DNA of 64,000 nt, taken from NCBI GenBank assembly GCA_037447605.1, contig CM074810.1, positions 1,088,880 to 1,152,879 on the forward strand, written 5' to 3'. This document shows positions 37,101 through 49,087 of the stretch, piece by piece. The position numbers and the translations under genes were made by a program. Numbering within the stretch: position 1 is the stretch's first letter; every line of letters begins with the position of its first letter. The notes under the pieces are model-generated. The model was not told the origin of the DNA, ran no database searches, and saw only the letters and a list, made by a program, of their open reading frames with translations. This DNA comes from Zygnema circumcarinatum SAG 698-1b (Eukaryota; Plantae; Zygnematophyceae).

Positions 37101-40100
37101 GGGTGCTGAGCCCGATCCTGCTGCCCGATCACGCACTGCCCAGGTTGCCGCGGCATTTCAACCGGCTTTGTCAGAATCCCCCATCACTTCTGAAGCTGAT
37201 GCTCAAGCCCGGATCGCCGAGATTGCAACTGCCCTTCGCAGGCTCCCTGTCAACCGAAGCGATCCTCATTCTCATCCCCTGCCATTCCTCCCTGCCAATG
37301 TCAACGGCGCCAGTTCCTCGGGCACGGCTCCACCGGTCGCCACCCCTGTCCGAAGAACTTCAGTCATCCCTCCCTTCACGGGTCATCCCTTGGGATCCCT
37401 GCCTGAGGAGGAAATTGAAGATCTCAANNNNNNNNNNGATGCCTTGCCTTGCCAAATCAGACTCGCGTGCTATACGCACACCCCTTAAAGACTTGTACGG
37501 TCGCCTAGACGCCCCTCCGTACAATGTGGACACTTTTGAGCACACCCCTCCTTAGAACTTAGTACCAACAACTTAGTGTACAACAAGTCCTTAACTACTT
37601 TACACTAACAATCACGGCCGCTGAACACTATTCTATCCTGCTGGGCTCAGATTGGCTCATCGCGATGGGAGCACAAATCGACTTTGCTACATGTCAACTG
37701 CACTTATCTGCTGGCGGGACAGACTGCTCCTTCCCCATCATCCTCGAGTCCCTTACCACCTCCGCCTTCCCCAAGCGCCACGCCACGGCGCAGGTCTCCT
37801 ACCCGGAGATCACCATGTACCATTCGGTCGGCAGCCCCCATTCTTCTCATGGATCGGCCAATTCTGATACCGATGACGAGACTCCCCCTCCTTCTTCTCC
37901 GAGTCCAGCTCTCGGTGCGTCGACGGGAGAACTGTTGCCGCCAGTGCTACCTGCACCCAGCTTTCCCCCCCATGAGACCATCAGTGATGAGGAGTGGCTG
38001 GAAATAGAGGGGCAGATGCGATTGGGGCCTGCAGTCCTCTCAGACCCGATCAAGCATTCTCAACTACGCCAAGTGCTGCGCCGAAATCACCTAGTTTTCG
38101 CACGACATTCACTCGACATCGGCAAGACTCACCTGATTGAGCACCACATTGATACGGGGGATGCGTCTCCCGTGATGACCCTGACTCCCTACCGCTTTTC
38201 CGCCGCGCAGCAGGCCGATGTCGAACGACAGATCGACGAGAACGTGGCTGCCGGATTGATGGAACCTGGAGAAGGGCCGTGGGCCAGCCCGGCCGTTCTG
38301 CCCCCAAAGCCGGATTGCCCCCAAAGCCGGATGGCACACTCCGCTTCTGTGGGGACTACCGGAAACTGAATGCAATAACGAAGTGGGATCCCTACACGTT
38401 ACCGGATGTGGACCTGATTCTCCACGGCGTCTCCCCTGATGACCGATGGTTCTCGGCACTTGACATGCAGAAATCCTTCTGGCAGATCCCCCTGCGGCAG
38501 GCCGATCGCTGCAAGACAGGGCTGCGCACAGCCACACGCTTCGTGCAGTGGACAGTGCTTCCCTTTGGGCTCAAGAATTCCAGCCAGACTCACCAGCGCC
38601 TGGCCAACCAAGTATTCGGCCCCTGTCGCGCCTTCTGCGAGCCTTACGTGGATGATGCCTCCCTCCACAGCAAGGACTGGTCCTCTCACCTGCAACACAT
38701 TGACCAAGTCCTGCAACAGCTCATTAGTGCGCGTTTGAAGATTGCACCCAAGAAGTGCAAATGGGGCCATCAGGAGATCACTCATCTCGGGCACCGCCTC
38801 GGCATCAATGGCCTGAAACCATCACTCGACAAGATTGAAGCGATTGCCCTTATGCCGATTCCACAGACCCTCACTCAGCTCAAGTCCTTCTTGGGGCTCA
38901 CCTCCTTCTATCGCCGGTTCATCAAGGGCTATGCCCTTATCGCACGTCCCCTACATGCCTTGGAGAAGCACGGAGTCCAATACGAATGGAGCCGAGCNNN
39001 NNNNNNNCACCTGCAACACATTGACCAAGTCCTGCAACAGCTCATTAGTGCGCGTTTGAAGATTGCACCCAAGAAGTGCAAATGGGGCCATCAGGAGATC
39101 ACTCATCTCGGGCACCGCCTCGGCATCAATGGCCTGAAACCATCACTCGACAAGATTGAAGCGATTGCCCTTATGCCGATTCCACAGACCCTCACTCAGC
39201 TCAAGTCCTTCTTGGGGCTCACCTCCTTCTATCGCCGGTTCATCAAGGGCTATGCCCTTATCGCACGTCCCCTACATGCCTTGGAGAAGCACGGAGTCCA
39301 ATACGAATGGATCCGAGCGCAGGATTTGGCCTTTCACGCGCTCAAGAGAGCCCTCCTTCAGGCTCCTTGTCTGCATCAATTTGACCCCACCTCGCTAACC
39401 GCTACTGACTTTTAGGACCGAGTCGACGTGATTTGGGGGCAAAGGGCTAGTCAAGTATCTCTCGGATGGGGAAATAATCTACCAATTATGCTAGCGTGGT
39501 TTGTTCGTGAACTGAGACCACAAGTACGCCCCCATCAGGAGAGAGGTCATGCTATCCTTCCTCGTGGCACTCGAAGTTCAAGCTCTTCACGCCTACCAGC
39601 CCGGCATATCATCCGACTGACCACATGCCCCTCACCTGGCTGCACATTATGGCTACCCTACGCCCTAAGTTTGCACGATGGGTGATGAAGTTGGAGGAGT
39701 ACAATGTACTCAAAGTCACTCACCGTCCCGGCCGTAGTCACGGCAATGCTGATGGCCTCAGTCGCAATCCCTCGGCTCCCCTCCTCTGCCACGATCCGGC
39801 CGTTCCTGAACCCATCCCTCCACCCACCCTCTGACCTTGCAGCATCTTCCCATTGAGACTTTATTGCCGCTCAAGCCTGCATGATGTCCTGATTCGGAGA
39901 TGGGCTGTATCGATATCCGACTCACCACCACCCTCCATCGCTGAGGACCCGACTTCATCACGTGGTCCCATGCGGATTCGCGTAACTCCTCATGGATGAC
40001 GATGGCGACGCTCCTTACCTCCCTCTCATCTCCCCAGCCAACTGACGCCCATTCAGACTTCCCTCTGCGTGATTGCGATGACCGCACGTCACCCCTTTAT

Positions 40101-41098
40101 CACGCACACCCAGAGGCTCCGCTGCCGCGCTCCAGGCTTCTCTTGCCCACCACCATGAGGTCTCTACCTCCCCTCCGGCCTTCCTGTTCATTCCTACGAA
40201 ACCAACTAAAATTTCCGACGTCGTCACGATTCCCAACCGCTGGTGCTTCCACCCTCAGAGAAGAAGATGGTGGCCCGCGCATAGTGCTACTATTGCCCGG
40301 CCTCCATGGCGCGGTGAGCCGCCACAGCCGCAAGCCCTGACGCTGCCAACGCGGCAAGCGCGCCCTCCCTCGACCGCCAACCCTTCGATATGGGCGACAT
40401 CCCACACGCGCGTCGCGAAGACGCACATTCACACCTCTCCATCCCCCCAACTCGGCACCCCCTCTAGCTACATTCGGGTCTTCCTAGCCGTGGACAGATA
40501 CACCAAGTGGGTAGAGGTTCACGCTACAGAATCTAAGCATTCCGTCCACTCTGCCCGCCTCCTGACGGCCATCATTCACCGCCACTCTCTACCCTACTCT
40601 GTCCACTCTGACAATGGCACCGAATACAAGGGGGCATTTGCCAAGCTCATGCAGGACTTCCGCATCATTCACCACACCTCTAGCCCCTACTCCCCCTGGC
40701 AGAATGGGCTTGCAGAACGTACCATACAGACGGTCAAGGATGCGTGCGTTCGCGGCTGCGCGGAGCTGGAGGCGGACTGGCGCGAGGTCATCCCCTCCCT
40801 GGTCTTCACGTACAACACCTCCGTTCACTCCTCCACTGGCTTCTCTCCCTACGAGCTCCTCTATGGCCGTAAGCCCCCGCATTCCCCTTGACCTCCTCTC
40901 TGCTGAGCCCCTCTTCTACGATGACGCGCCTCCCCCGGATCGGGTCGCCCAGCTTCAGCTCCTGGCCCTCCGCTTCCAAACCCTAGATTCCATGGCCTCC
41001 CACCACCTCGAACGAGCGCACAGACGACAACTCACCGACTTTGGGAGGCGCCGACGCGCTGCTCTCCCGCCCAATCAGGTAGCGCCACATCAGCTCAT
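34160..41098 (+). mobile_element. Degenerate Ty3/Gypsy LTR retrotransposon (5' LTR ending TGACA at 34724, gag, protease, RT, RNase H, integrase; 3' end lost at a gap)
   Basis: Zinc knuckle CTFCQITGHDARVC (~36830-36875). Protease YSILLGSDWL (~37630). RT KPDGTLRFCGDYRKLN..LPFGLKN..YVDD (38330-38660). RNase H TDHMPLTWL..HGNADGLSR. Integrase DRYTKW..HSDNGTEY..PWQNGLAER (40490-40890). Order is PR-RT-RH-IN, with frameshifts. Confidence 0.92.
37438..37610 (-). mobile_element. Terminal fragment of an LTR inserted into the Gypsy protease region, same family as the solo LTR at 42969
   Basis: Its reverse complement TGTTAGTGTAAAGTAGTTAAGGACTTG..ACACTAAGTT..GGTACTAAGTTC..GGGGTGTGCTCA matches 42969-43110. 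Confidence 0.8.
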
Positions 41099-41108
41099 NN
41101 NNNNNNNN

Positions 41109-44100
41109 CTTCGTCTCTAACTTAACCTTTGGAACCGCTATCCAGCACTTCGAGCCCCATACTCTTAAGTGCTGAACTGTTGGCTTATTGCCACTCCGCA
41201 TCTCTTCGGGTACCTTCTTCTCATCTTTCAGGGTACTAGAGGGACATCTGTTCCGAATGTAAGCTGCCGTGAGAATTGCTTCTCCCCAAAAATCTAGGGT
41301 GAAGGGAGACTCACTCAGCATGGACCGAGCCATGTCTCCAAGGGTTCGGTTCACCCTCTCAGCCGCGCCGTTGCTTTGCGGGCTGTAGGGAGCGGTGAAC
41401 TCGTGTCGAATCCCAAGCGACTGAAGGTAACCAATTGGAGGGACTTGTACTCTCCTCCGTTATCCGTTCGGATCCTGTGCACCTTCTCTCCGGTCTGCCT
41501 TTCTACCTCTATCTGCCAGGTCTGAAAGGTCTCAAACGCCTCACTCTTGTATTTCAGCAATACAACCCATATCTTCCTTGAGAAATCATCAAGGAACGCG
41601 ATGAAGTACCTGGCACCGCCCTTTGACTCGGGAGTGATCGGTCCGCACAGATCGCTGTGGACCAACTCCAGCTGCTTGGACGCGCGCTGCTTCTCCGCTC
41701 CATAGCTCTTGAAAGGGTGCCGGTGTATCTTGCTTGCCGCGTAGTCGGGGCAGACAGCTTCTCGTGTCGAGATCTTCGCCGCGGGAAGTCCCCTGACCAG
41801 GCTCTCTGTCGTAAGGGCCTCCAGGCCACTATACGACAAATGACCAAGTCGGCGGTGCCACCATTGCGCCGAATCTGAAGCCTCTTGTACGGATTCCNNN
41901 NNNNNNNCTCCCGGAAGACCCCCTCGTATCCGCCCTTGCAAATCTGACTAACCGAGAAGAAGTTATTCTTCAGGGTTGGGGTATGAAGCACACTACCAAT
42001 TCTGAGTTTGGAAGCTGTCACTTCTCCTGTGGGGGACAGCTGGACGAACCCACCATGGGTGACGGAGACCTCGTCTCCGGTTGCCGAAGTCACGGCTCGT
42101 GACTGGTCAAGCAACATCATCTCGTAAAGAGACTTATCACCACATATGTTTAGAGGCACCAGAGTCACCATGAGCCGGTGAAAGTTATCTTTATTCATAA
42201 AGGAATTTGATTTACAAATTCCGCTGGCTTGGCATCACTTGCCATGTTACTCGCCTCTATCTGAGCCGACCCTGACCCTGGACAGTTCCGGGCCAGATGA
42301 CCCGGCTTCTGGCTCTGAAAACATAACATCTCCTTGCCTTTCTTCTTGTCTGCATTAGCGAGGGACACCGCTGGGTCGATCCTCCCGCCTGGGCTGCCTT
42401 CTTGGCGTGCGACAATGCGGCCGAGATGTGTCCCTTCGCTTCCGTGGTTGCAGGAATGTTCCGGTCGCGCTTGCATGCACCTCTCTTCCGCGAGTTTGGT
42501 TGTGCGCGTCACCATGGCGTCTTGGGAGGCGACTTCTTTGCTCCTTTATGCGCTCTCTTCCTGCTCTGCTTATCTGCACTTCCTCAAGGGTGAGCGAGTT
42601 CTTGGCTTGACAGCGTTTTCCAGCGAGTTTATGGTTGGTGCAAAGCGGGCTGGCAGGCCTCTCAAGAAACTGATGATCTGTTGGTCATTGTCAATTGCTT
42701 TAGAAATAATGACAAACTTATCCATTAGTTCGCTGAACCTGATGACGTAGGAAGTCAGTTCCTCCGTCTGTCCCATCTTCATCACCAATTGATGCGTAGG
42801 CTGAACTTCACGTTAGGTATTAGATAATGAATTAATGGCGAATGGCCCGTGAAATATACCCACATCTCGCGTGCGGATTTTGAGCTCTCAGGCATCTTCA
42901 TAAGGTTCCCCTTTACGCTTGAGGCGATGTACATCCTCACTTGGACGTCCTTCTTCCACCACTCCGTCTGTTAGTGTTAGGCTAGTTAGGAACTTGTAAT
43001 ACACTAAGTTATTTGGTACTAAGTTCTTAGGGGTGTGCTCATAGTGTCCGAATTGCATGAAGGACCGCCTTAGCGACCGTACAGGCCTTTTTGGGGTGTG
43101 CGCGTAGCACGCGCACAAAGATCTGGCCGGAAATACAGGTGTACGGAGCGGCGCGCGGGTGTACGGCCATCGGAGTGCTGATTGGTCGAAGCGCGAGTGC
43201 GGAGTACGGAGCGCAAGACGGCGGAGTGCGCCGTGAGTGCGCGGACCGATGAACGGCGCTGATTGGTCGTAGCGCTGACGCACGGACGCAGAGTACGGAC
43301 GCGCGACTTCTGATTGGTCGCGGCGCGATCGCGAGGACGCGGAGCGCAAGTCGGTGGCGCGAAGCGGCGAAGGAAAGTTGGCGATGAATCGAGCAGCGCC
43401 ACGTGGGCCACTCAGTTAGTGGGCCCGTTGGTTCGAGCGTACGGCAAAAGAGTCGGCGGCCGGAAAATGTTAAGGGTACCCGACGAACGGCGGACTGTAC
43501 GGATAGGACGGAAATAGGTCGGTGTCGTCGTAGGTTTACGAGACCACCTTCGTAGGTCCTAGTTTGGTCTTGCCGCTTTGCCGAATGCAAGGGCTAGCAA
43601 TGGCGGGCGTGACGTGACATCTAGTGTCACGTCACACGGCCATGGTAGTATATTATGGAGGTCTGTTTTGTAGGTGTTAACCTTCTCGTGACTCACATTG
43701 GGGACGTGAGGCTATCTTGCTTTGGGCCTGGAAGATAGTGGGAAGAGTTCAGCTTGTAGTGGGGTGGTGTATTCACATAGCTTGAGTTTAGGTGCTTGAA
43801 GCTTGGCTCTAGAGTTGTCAAGTTGTATTCATCTTTAACTTAAGGAGTTTTAGGCTGGAGGCTTTCTCCTTACATCTTCTTCATTCCGCTGATCTGTTCT
43901 ATTGCATTCAGTATTGTTGTGTGTCCACATCCTTGAAGAGTGTGATTGAACAAGTCATTGAAGATGTCGAGTTCTACCGAGGGTAGAGGAGAAGTGGCAG
44001 CACCTCGCACGGAGGCCGCTGCATCAACACCGTCTTCTCCTGCTCGTCAGGAAGTAGGAGGGTGAAGTCGGCCGGTGGTGAGATCAACCCGTTGACGTAC

Positions 44101-45138
44101 TTCAAGAGGCCCTTGCTCTGAAGAAGAGTTGTCATCTGCCACCGCCAATCCTTATAGTCAGTTCCCCGAAAGATAGGGATGGTGTGCCGCACATCACCTT
44201 CAGCTCTGATACCACTTGTTGAGATTGAGGGGTCAAAAACTGAGCCCCCTCTGGTCGTGTCTTCTCCCGTGTTGTTCTCGGCCATGATGACTACCGTGAG
44301 CCAAGCAAGAACTGAGAGACAGTGTGTAAGAGAAAAGCCCACCGGCCGAAAACCTCTTCTTTATACAATGAAAGATACAACAGGCGCAGGCAGCAAACTA
44401 CTCCCGGCTCTGGCTCTATCCTACGCTCTCTACTAAGCGTTGCTTGCGGCTGCCCCTGACTACCACACCCTTCCTCAGACAGCTACCTACACTCGGGAAG
44501 CACTGCTCCCAGTGCAGTAGCAGTAGGCATGAGCCTCCCCATAAAGGCTCGGGTGATTCTGGATACTAAGCTTCTCCCCGCGGAGCGGCTTATGTAGCTC
44601 GCCGGGCAGTGACCCGGTCACGGCCGCCTGCATGCACAGGCTGTACAGACCCCTACGTGGGCTCGTGTCCGCCATGGCATTCTCAGTGCGCCTTAGTGCG
44701 CCTCTGTGCAGAGGTCTCTGCACAGGGTGGCATGGCTCAGTGGGAGGGGAGCACACTCAGAGTGAGTGCGCTCTGACGCCGCCGCCTTCGCGCGAGTTTT
44801 CGAAACGCGGCTTTCTCGGTGTGCGCGAAACTTTCCGCGCGCCTAACTGAAACTCGTCCTAAGTTTCAGTTCCGAGTCGCGCGCGAATATTTGTCACGTC
44901 GCGCCTCCGTTCACATTCCGATCTCCGCGCTCCTTAGTCGCGTCGCGCTCCGCCGTCGTCCGTACGCCCGAACATTTCGTTTCGGTTCGTCACGTCACGG
45001 TACCATGATTTAACCTCGGACTTTTCGCGTCCGCGCCCGCGCGACCATCCTTGTCGCTTGGCGTCCGCGCCTAAGTCCCAGTCCATTAGTCCATTTGTCT
45101 CTAGTCCTTCATGTCCTAGAGAGTCTATGTCCCAAACA
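41109..45138 (-). mobile_element. Degenerate Ty1/Copia retrotransposon: 5' LTR (~45138-44217), tRNA-Met PBS, gag, protease, integrase; RT lost at a gap
   Basis: PBS TGGTATCAGAGC at 44214-44203, 2 nt after the LTR end TCAACA. gag FRGTDYKDWRWQMTTLL and FLRGLPARF. Degenerate knuckle CFQSQKPGHLARNC. Protease DSGASKHM. WHRRLGH, VHSDLCGP, IRTDNGGEY and NRTL..ARSML. The LTR 5' end (TGTTTGG at 45138) is inferred. Confidence 0.9.
42969..44029 (+). mobile_element. Solo LTR (1061 bp) inserted in the Copia gag
   Basis: TGTTAG...TCAACA termini. 5-bp TSD CCGTC at 42964-42968 and 44030-44034. Removing it restores Copia gag EQEKT-EWWKKDVQVRMYIASSV..SAREMW. Confidence 0.9.
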
Positions 45139-45559
45139 GTTGTACGGCCTCTAGCGCTGTACAACAGGATCGACATTCGTGCCGCCACGTCAGCGGTTCC
45201 TCCCCCCCGCGATGGCTGACCGTTCGCGACCGACAGCGCGGCCTCCTCCGTACCCCCCCTGCCATGACGACTCCTCATTGGTCCATTTCTAATTCCCGCC
45301 GCCAATTCTGCACTTCCCGCCACTTTTTGCCCCTTCGCCCACATTTCGCCAGCCGGCCGTCTCTTCCGATACGGTCCTCCCGATACTCCCCATTTCCGAA
45401 TGTACGCGGAAGCTTCTCCGGACGGCCTCCGACTCGCCTCGCGCGGCCCCCCGTCCACGTCATCATTGGCTCCTTCCATGCCCTTTGTCTCTTCTTCATT
45501 GCGCCCGCAGGGGCGTGCGCTTGTTTCCCCCCCCCGGCATGTGCTACAGATGTAGCGTA

Positions 45560-46350
45560 ACGGAGCTGCGTTCGACGGATTTGCGTCAGTTCAATTGTAC
45601 TTGACATATGCCTCTTCCGTGTCACGGATCAGCGGATCCAGCTGCCAGCGGAGGTGAAGAAGGGCGGCGCCATGCGTGGCGGTGCACGGAACGGCACACT
45701 ATCCGGCAAGCACACTCGGGAACACCGCCTAAGGCCGCCGATGTGGTTCGGTGGCTGTTCCGAAGGCTCACAGTAGTCAGTCAGGCCTCTCAGTGGGCAG
45801 TTGGCCAATCAGGGACTGTCACTACTAAGGCTCAAGATCTATTGTCAGTGTTAAGTAGATGGGATGTCAGTGATGCTTGTTTGTCTTTTAGTGCTGGGCT
45901 TAGTATTTGTATTTGCTGTGTGGTTTGTTGTCTTGTTCTTCTTTCTTCTTTTCCTTCCTCTTCAAGTTCCAAGCAAGCAGATGCTAAGTAAGAGAGAGAG
46001 AGAGAGAGAGAGTTCCATGCCAGAGATAGAGAGAGAGAGAGAAAGAGTCTTCTTGCTGATAGCATTTAGCAATGATTCTCATTATAGACAAAGATTTCAG
46101 TGAGAAGACAATTTCATTGTAATGACATTCCCCAGCCAACCGCTGGCTGGGGTGAGTTTCCAAAATACCACCTTTATCTAAGTTGTGTCCTGTTTTCCCT
46201 CTGCTGTCACTATGCCAAGCCCCTATCTTGCTCTATCCTGCCTTGCATTGCTCTCAATGACCAATGATCACTAGAAGCCTAGCTAAGAGACTAGCCGAGG
46301 AGAGGACAGGGGAGGAGGGTCCCCAAGGAAGGGCTCTTTGCGATCAAGTC
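45560..46350 (+). mobile_element. Second copy of the Gypsy 5' LTR, leader and gag start (truncated)
   Basis: Co-linear with 34160-34935 (roughly 80% identity by eye), including the LTR end TGACA (46127) and the downstream TGGGGTGAGTTTCCAAA(A)TACCACC leader. Confidence 0.85.
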
Positions 46351-46559
46351 CGCTCACGCGGGAACGAACGCTCTTCAATTCCATTGCCTCACAAGGTATC
46401 CCTCCTCAATCCCCCTGGATCTCAAGGTTCTAAGGCCGCAGTGACTCCACAAGACCACCCCAACCCTATCGCTGGCCAAGACGGACGCTGCTGAGCTGCT
46501 GTGATAAAGACTTCGCAGCCTAGCTTCCAAGCGTAGCCTTGTTTAACCCTTACACTTAT

Positions 46560-48610
46560 CTTGGCGCTACGTGACGATCTGCTGACGCGACCTGCTGCCA
46601 TTTTATTCTCATTCGAGCCCGCCTTTTTTCGGGCGATGCATCTGGTGGAGTGGCGACCTTGGAGTCTGCGACGGGACCCTTAAGGCGACCCTTTAGGAGG
46701 TCCTTTGTTTGCCTTTGGCGCACATTTGCGCGCTTCCGGGCTTCGGCACAGCCTTTCGAGGCGCCCTCTCCATCAGTGCGACCAGACTCACATTCATTGC
46801 CCGCCAACGGTGCTCGTGCCGCGTTTACTGATTTTACTACTCGATTGGCCGCTATGCGTTTGACGGTAAATTTGTCGAGGTGTTTTGCTTGGTCTCCTGT
46901 TGGTATCCCTTCTACCCTTTCGCTCCCTTGTGGTATCCAGACTTGTGCTGATGGAATTGGTATTCGTGTTTTAGGCTGCCCTTTTGGCGTTGCATCTTAT
47001 GTTGATCGTTTTGTTGATGATGCTTTGGTTGAGGATACGTCTCAGGTCGATGAGCTTCCACATCTTTCAGATCCTCAGGTGGCTTTTTCTTTGCTTACTC
47101 GTTGTTTTGCTTCTTGGCGTCCGCTATACCTTTTGCAGGCGTAACTCTCCTCCTAACCCTCGCTTCCTGGAGAGTCATCGGGTAATCTTCTCATGAGCCG
47201 CTTGTTTCTCAGATGTCACGCTTTTGGGTCCCGGTATTTTCGGACGACTGAGGGTCCGCTGTATGCACGCAAGCCTCGCCCCTATTTCTGGCGCGTGGCG
47301 TTTGTGACTCATCCCGGCTACCGCGCGGGCGCTTCTTCTCGCGTTTTTGGCAATGGGGCTCGCTGCTTCCTATTTTGGCTTCGCTAGCTTTTGGTTGCGG
47401 TCATCGTCCGCTGTTTCCAAATTGGTTGCCGCTTTCATGTTGATGATGGTGATCTTCCGTTTCAGGTTGCATTGCGTGACGCCCATGGTTTGCTTCCTGC
47501 TAGTGCTCAGGCTCGTGCGCCCCCGTTTGTTTCGCTTGCCGTCGAGTCTGTTCCACGTGTCCAGCTCACTTTGACTGATGAGGTTGTTGCTGCTGAGTTC
47601 TCTACCCTTATTGCGGCTCTTCCTTCTGATGTTGCGCCTGGTCCGCTTCCGTCTTGTGGGGGTCCTGGGGCTGGGGCTTGGTTGCATTTTATTGCTCGAT
47701 ATTTTCCACCCCTTCGTTTGACCCAGGCGATTTACGACGCGGTAGCGACCGTCTCGGGCTCCCCATCCGCCATTGCGAGGTTCTCACCGTTGTGTTTGTG
47801 GTGATTCGATTGATGCGAGTGCGTCACCCACTTCGATGGCTACACGGGGGCGAACGCATTTTGGCTCATAATGTTGTGCGCGATGCGATTGCTTCGGTGG
47901 CTCAAGAAGCTAACTACCTTGTTCGAAGGTAGCCGAGCCACATGGTGTCCCCACGGCCGACTATTCGTGGCGAGCGTGGAGTTCGCCCTGATTTGGCTCT
48001 TATGGATGGTGCCCGGCGCATTCCGGGGATATTGTGCGCTGATCGCAACCCGTCGCATCATTGTCACGTGCAGCACATCATGAAGGCGGTGGTGCGCGCC
48101 ATGCGTCCTTCGGAAGGGAGTGCGTGCAGATGCTCACCGTGATGCAGCCGACGAATTTGTTCCTATGGCTATTGAGATTTTTGGCTGCCTTGAGACCTTG
48201 CCGATACCTTCCTTCTGCGACTGCCTGACTCGCTTTTCGAGATGCACGTCTCTGCAAGCCTCCTCCGGCGATCTTGGCTACCTTTTATCGACAACGTGAT
48301 ACTCCGCCGCCTCTTCGCCGCTGCTCCTCGGCCTTCTACGCCACTTCGGGCGTGGCCGCAGCTTGTTGGCGACCGCAAGCTGGTGGACTTCCGTCACGCC
48401 TCCCTCCCCCTCGCTGACTGCGTCTCTTCACATCTGCGTGACCTCATGGGTCGCTTCTGTGGTCAAGGTTGTTGTGCCTAGGCGTAGTTTTCCGCTCCTA
48501 GCTTCGTTTTATTGTGTTTCGGTCCTTTGTGACCAGTCCTTCGTGGTTCCACATTTTGCCTTTATCCATGTAAATTTGATGGCCTCGCCATCGCGAGTTC
48601 AATGAAAGTT
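46560..48610 (+). mobile_element. 5'-truncated, degenerate CRE-clade non-LTR retrotransposon (RT + restriction-like endonuclease)
   Basis: (Q/*)GDPLGGPLFA at ~46680. GIRVLGCPFG and LSDPQVAFSLLTRC. C-terminal HGGERILAHNVVRDAI..RPDL..FVPMAIEIFG, typical of the RLE domain of CRE/R2-type elements. Confidence 0.75.
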
Positions 48611-48640
48611 TGCGTCAATTTGAACTTTTGAAGGTGGAAA

Positions 48641-48896
48641 ATATGACGGGGTCCTACTGTATGTTTGGGACCGTGACGTGACGAAACGAGACGCGAAAAA
48701 AGTGGAGTCCGCGGACGGCAGTCGGAAATGGCGGGAATTAAAACTGACAGATTTTTCCTGAAACACGCTACGTTATGCTCCCTATCTTTTTCTGTCAGTT
48801 TTAATTCCCGCCATTTCCGACTGCCGTTCGCGGACTCCACTTTTTTCGCGTCTCGTTTCGTCACGTCACGGTCCCAAACATACTTGTCACGTCATA
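48641..48896. repeat. Near-perfect foldback (93-bp arms, 39-bp loop), MITE-like
   Basis: Arms 48659-48751 and 48791-48883 have one mismatch. Outer ATATGACG/CGTCATAT pair. Confidence 0.9.
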
Positions 48897-49087
48897 TGTT
48901 GCCGCGACCAATCATCGTGTTGCGCCCTTATACCTTGTAGACGCGCGCGCGCTTCGTACATTTCAAATCACCATCCGTACATCCGACGAAAAATGGTCTG
49001 TATCTGAAAATTATGAAACAGCAGTTTTCGCGAAAAAAATCCTTTGTAGAAGCTGCCCGGCGAAAAAGTACACTACATTCAGAACAC

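Noticed and set aside
38298-38335. 17-bp tandem duplication (TGCCCCCAAAGCCGGAT) frameshifting Gypsy pol
   Set aside because: An ordinary slippage or assembly error in a dead element, not a programmed frameshift.
38688-39316. Direct duplication of ~300 bp of the Gypsy RT
   Set aside because: The copies are identical and separated by a 10-N gap, the signature of unmerged overlapping contigs.
41090-41120. Apparent tail-to-tail Gypsy/Copia fusion
   Set aside because: The junction is a 10-N gap, so adjacency and nesting cannot be inferred.
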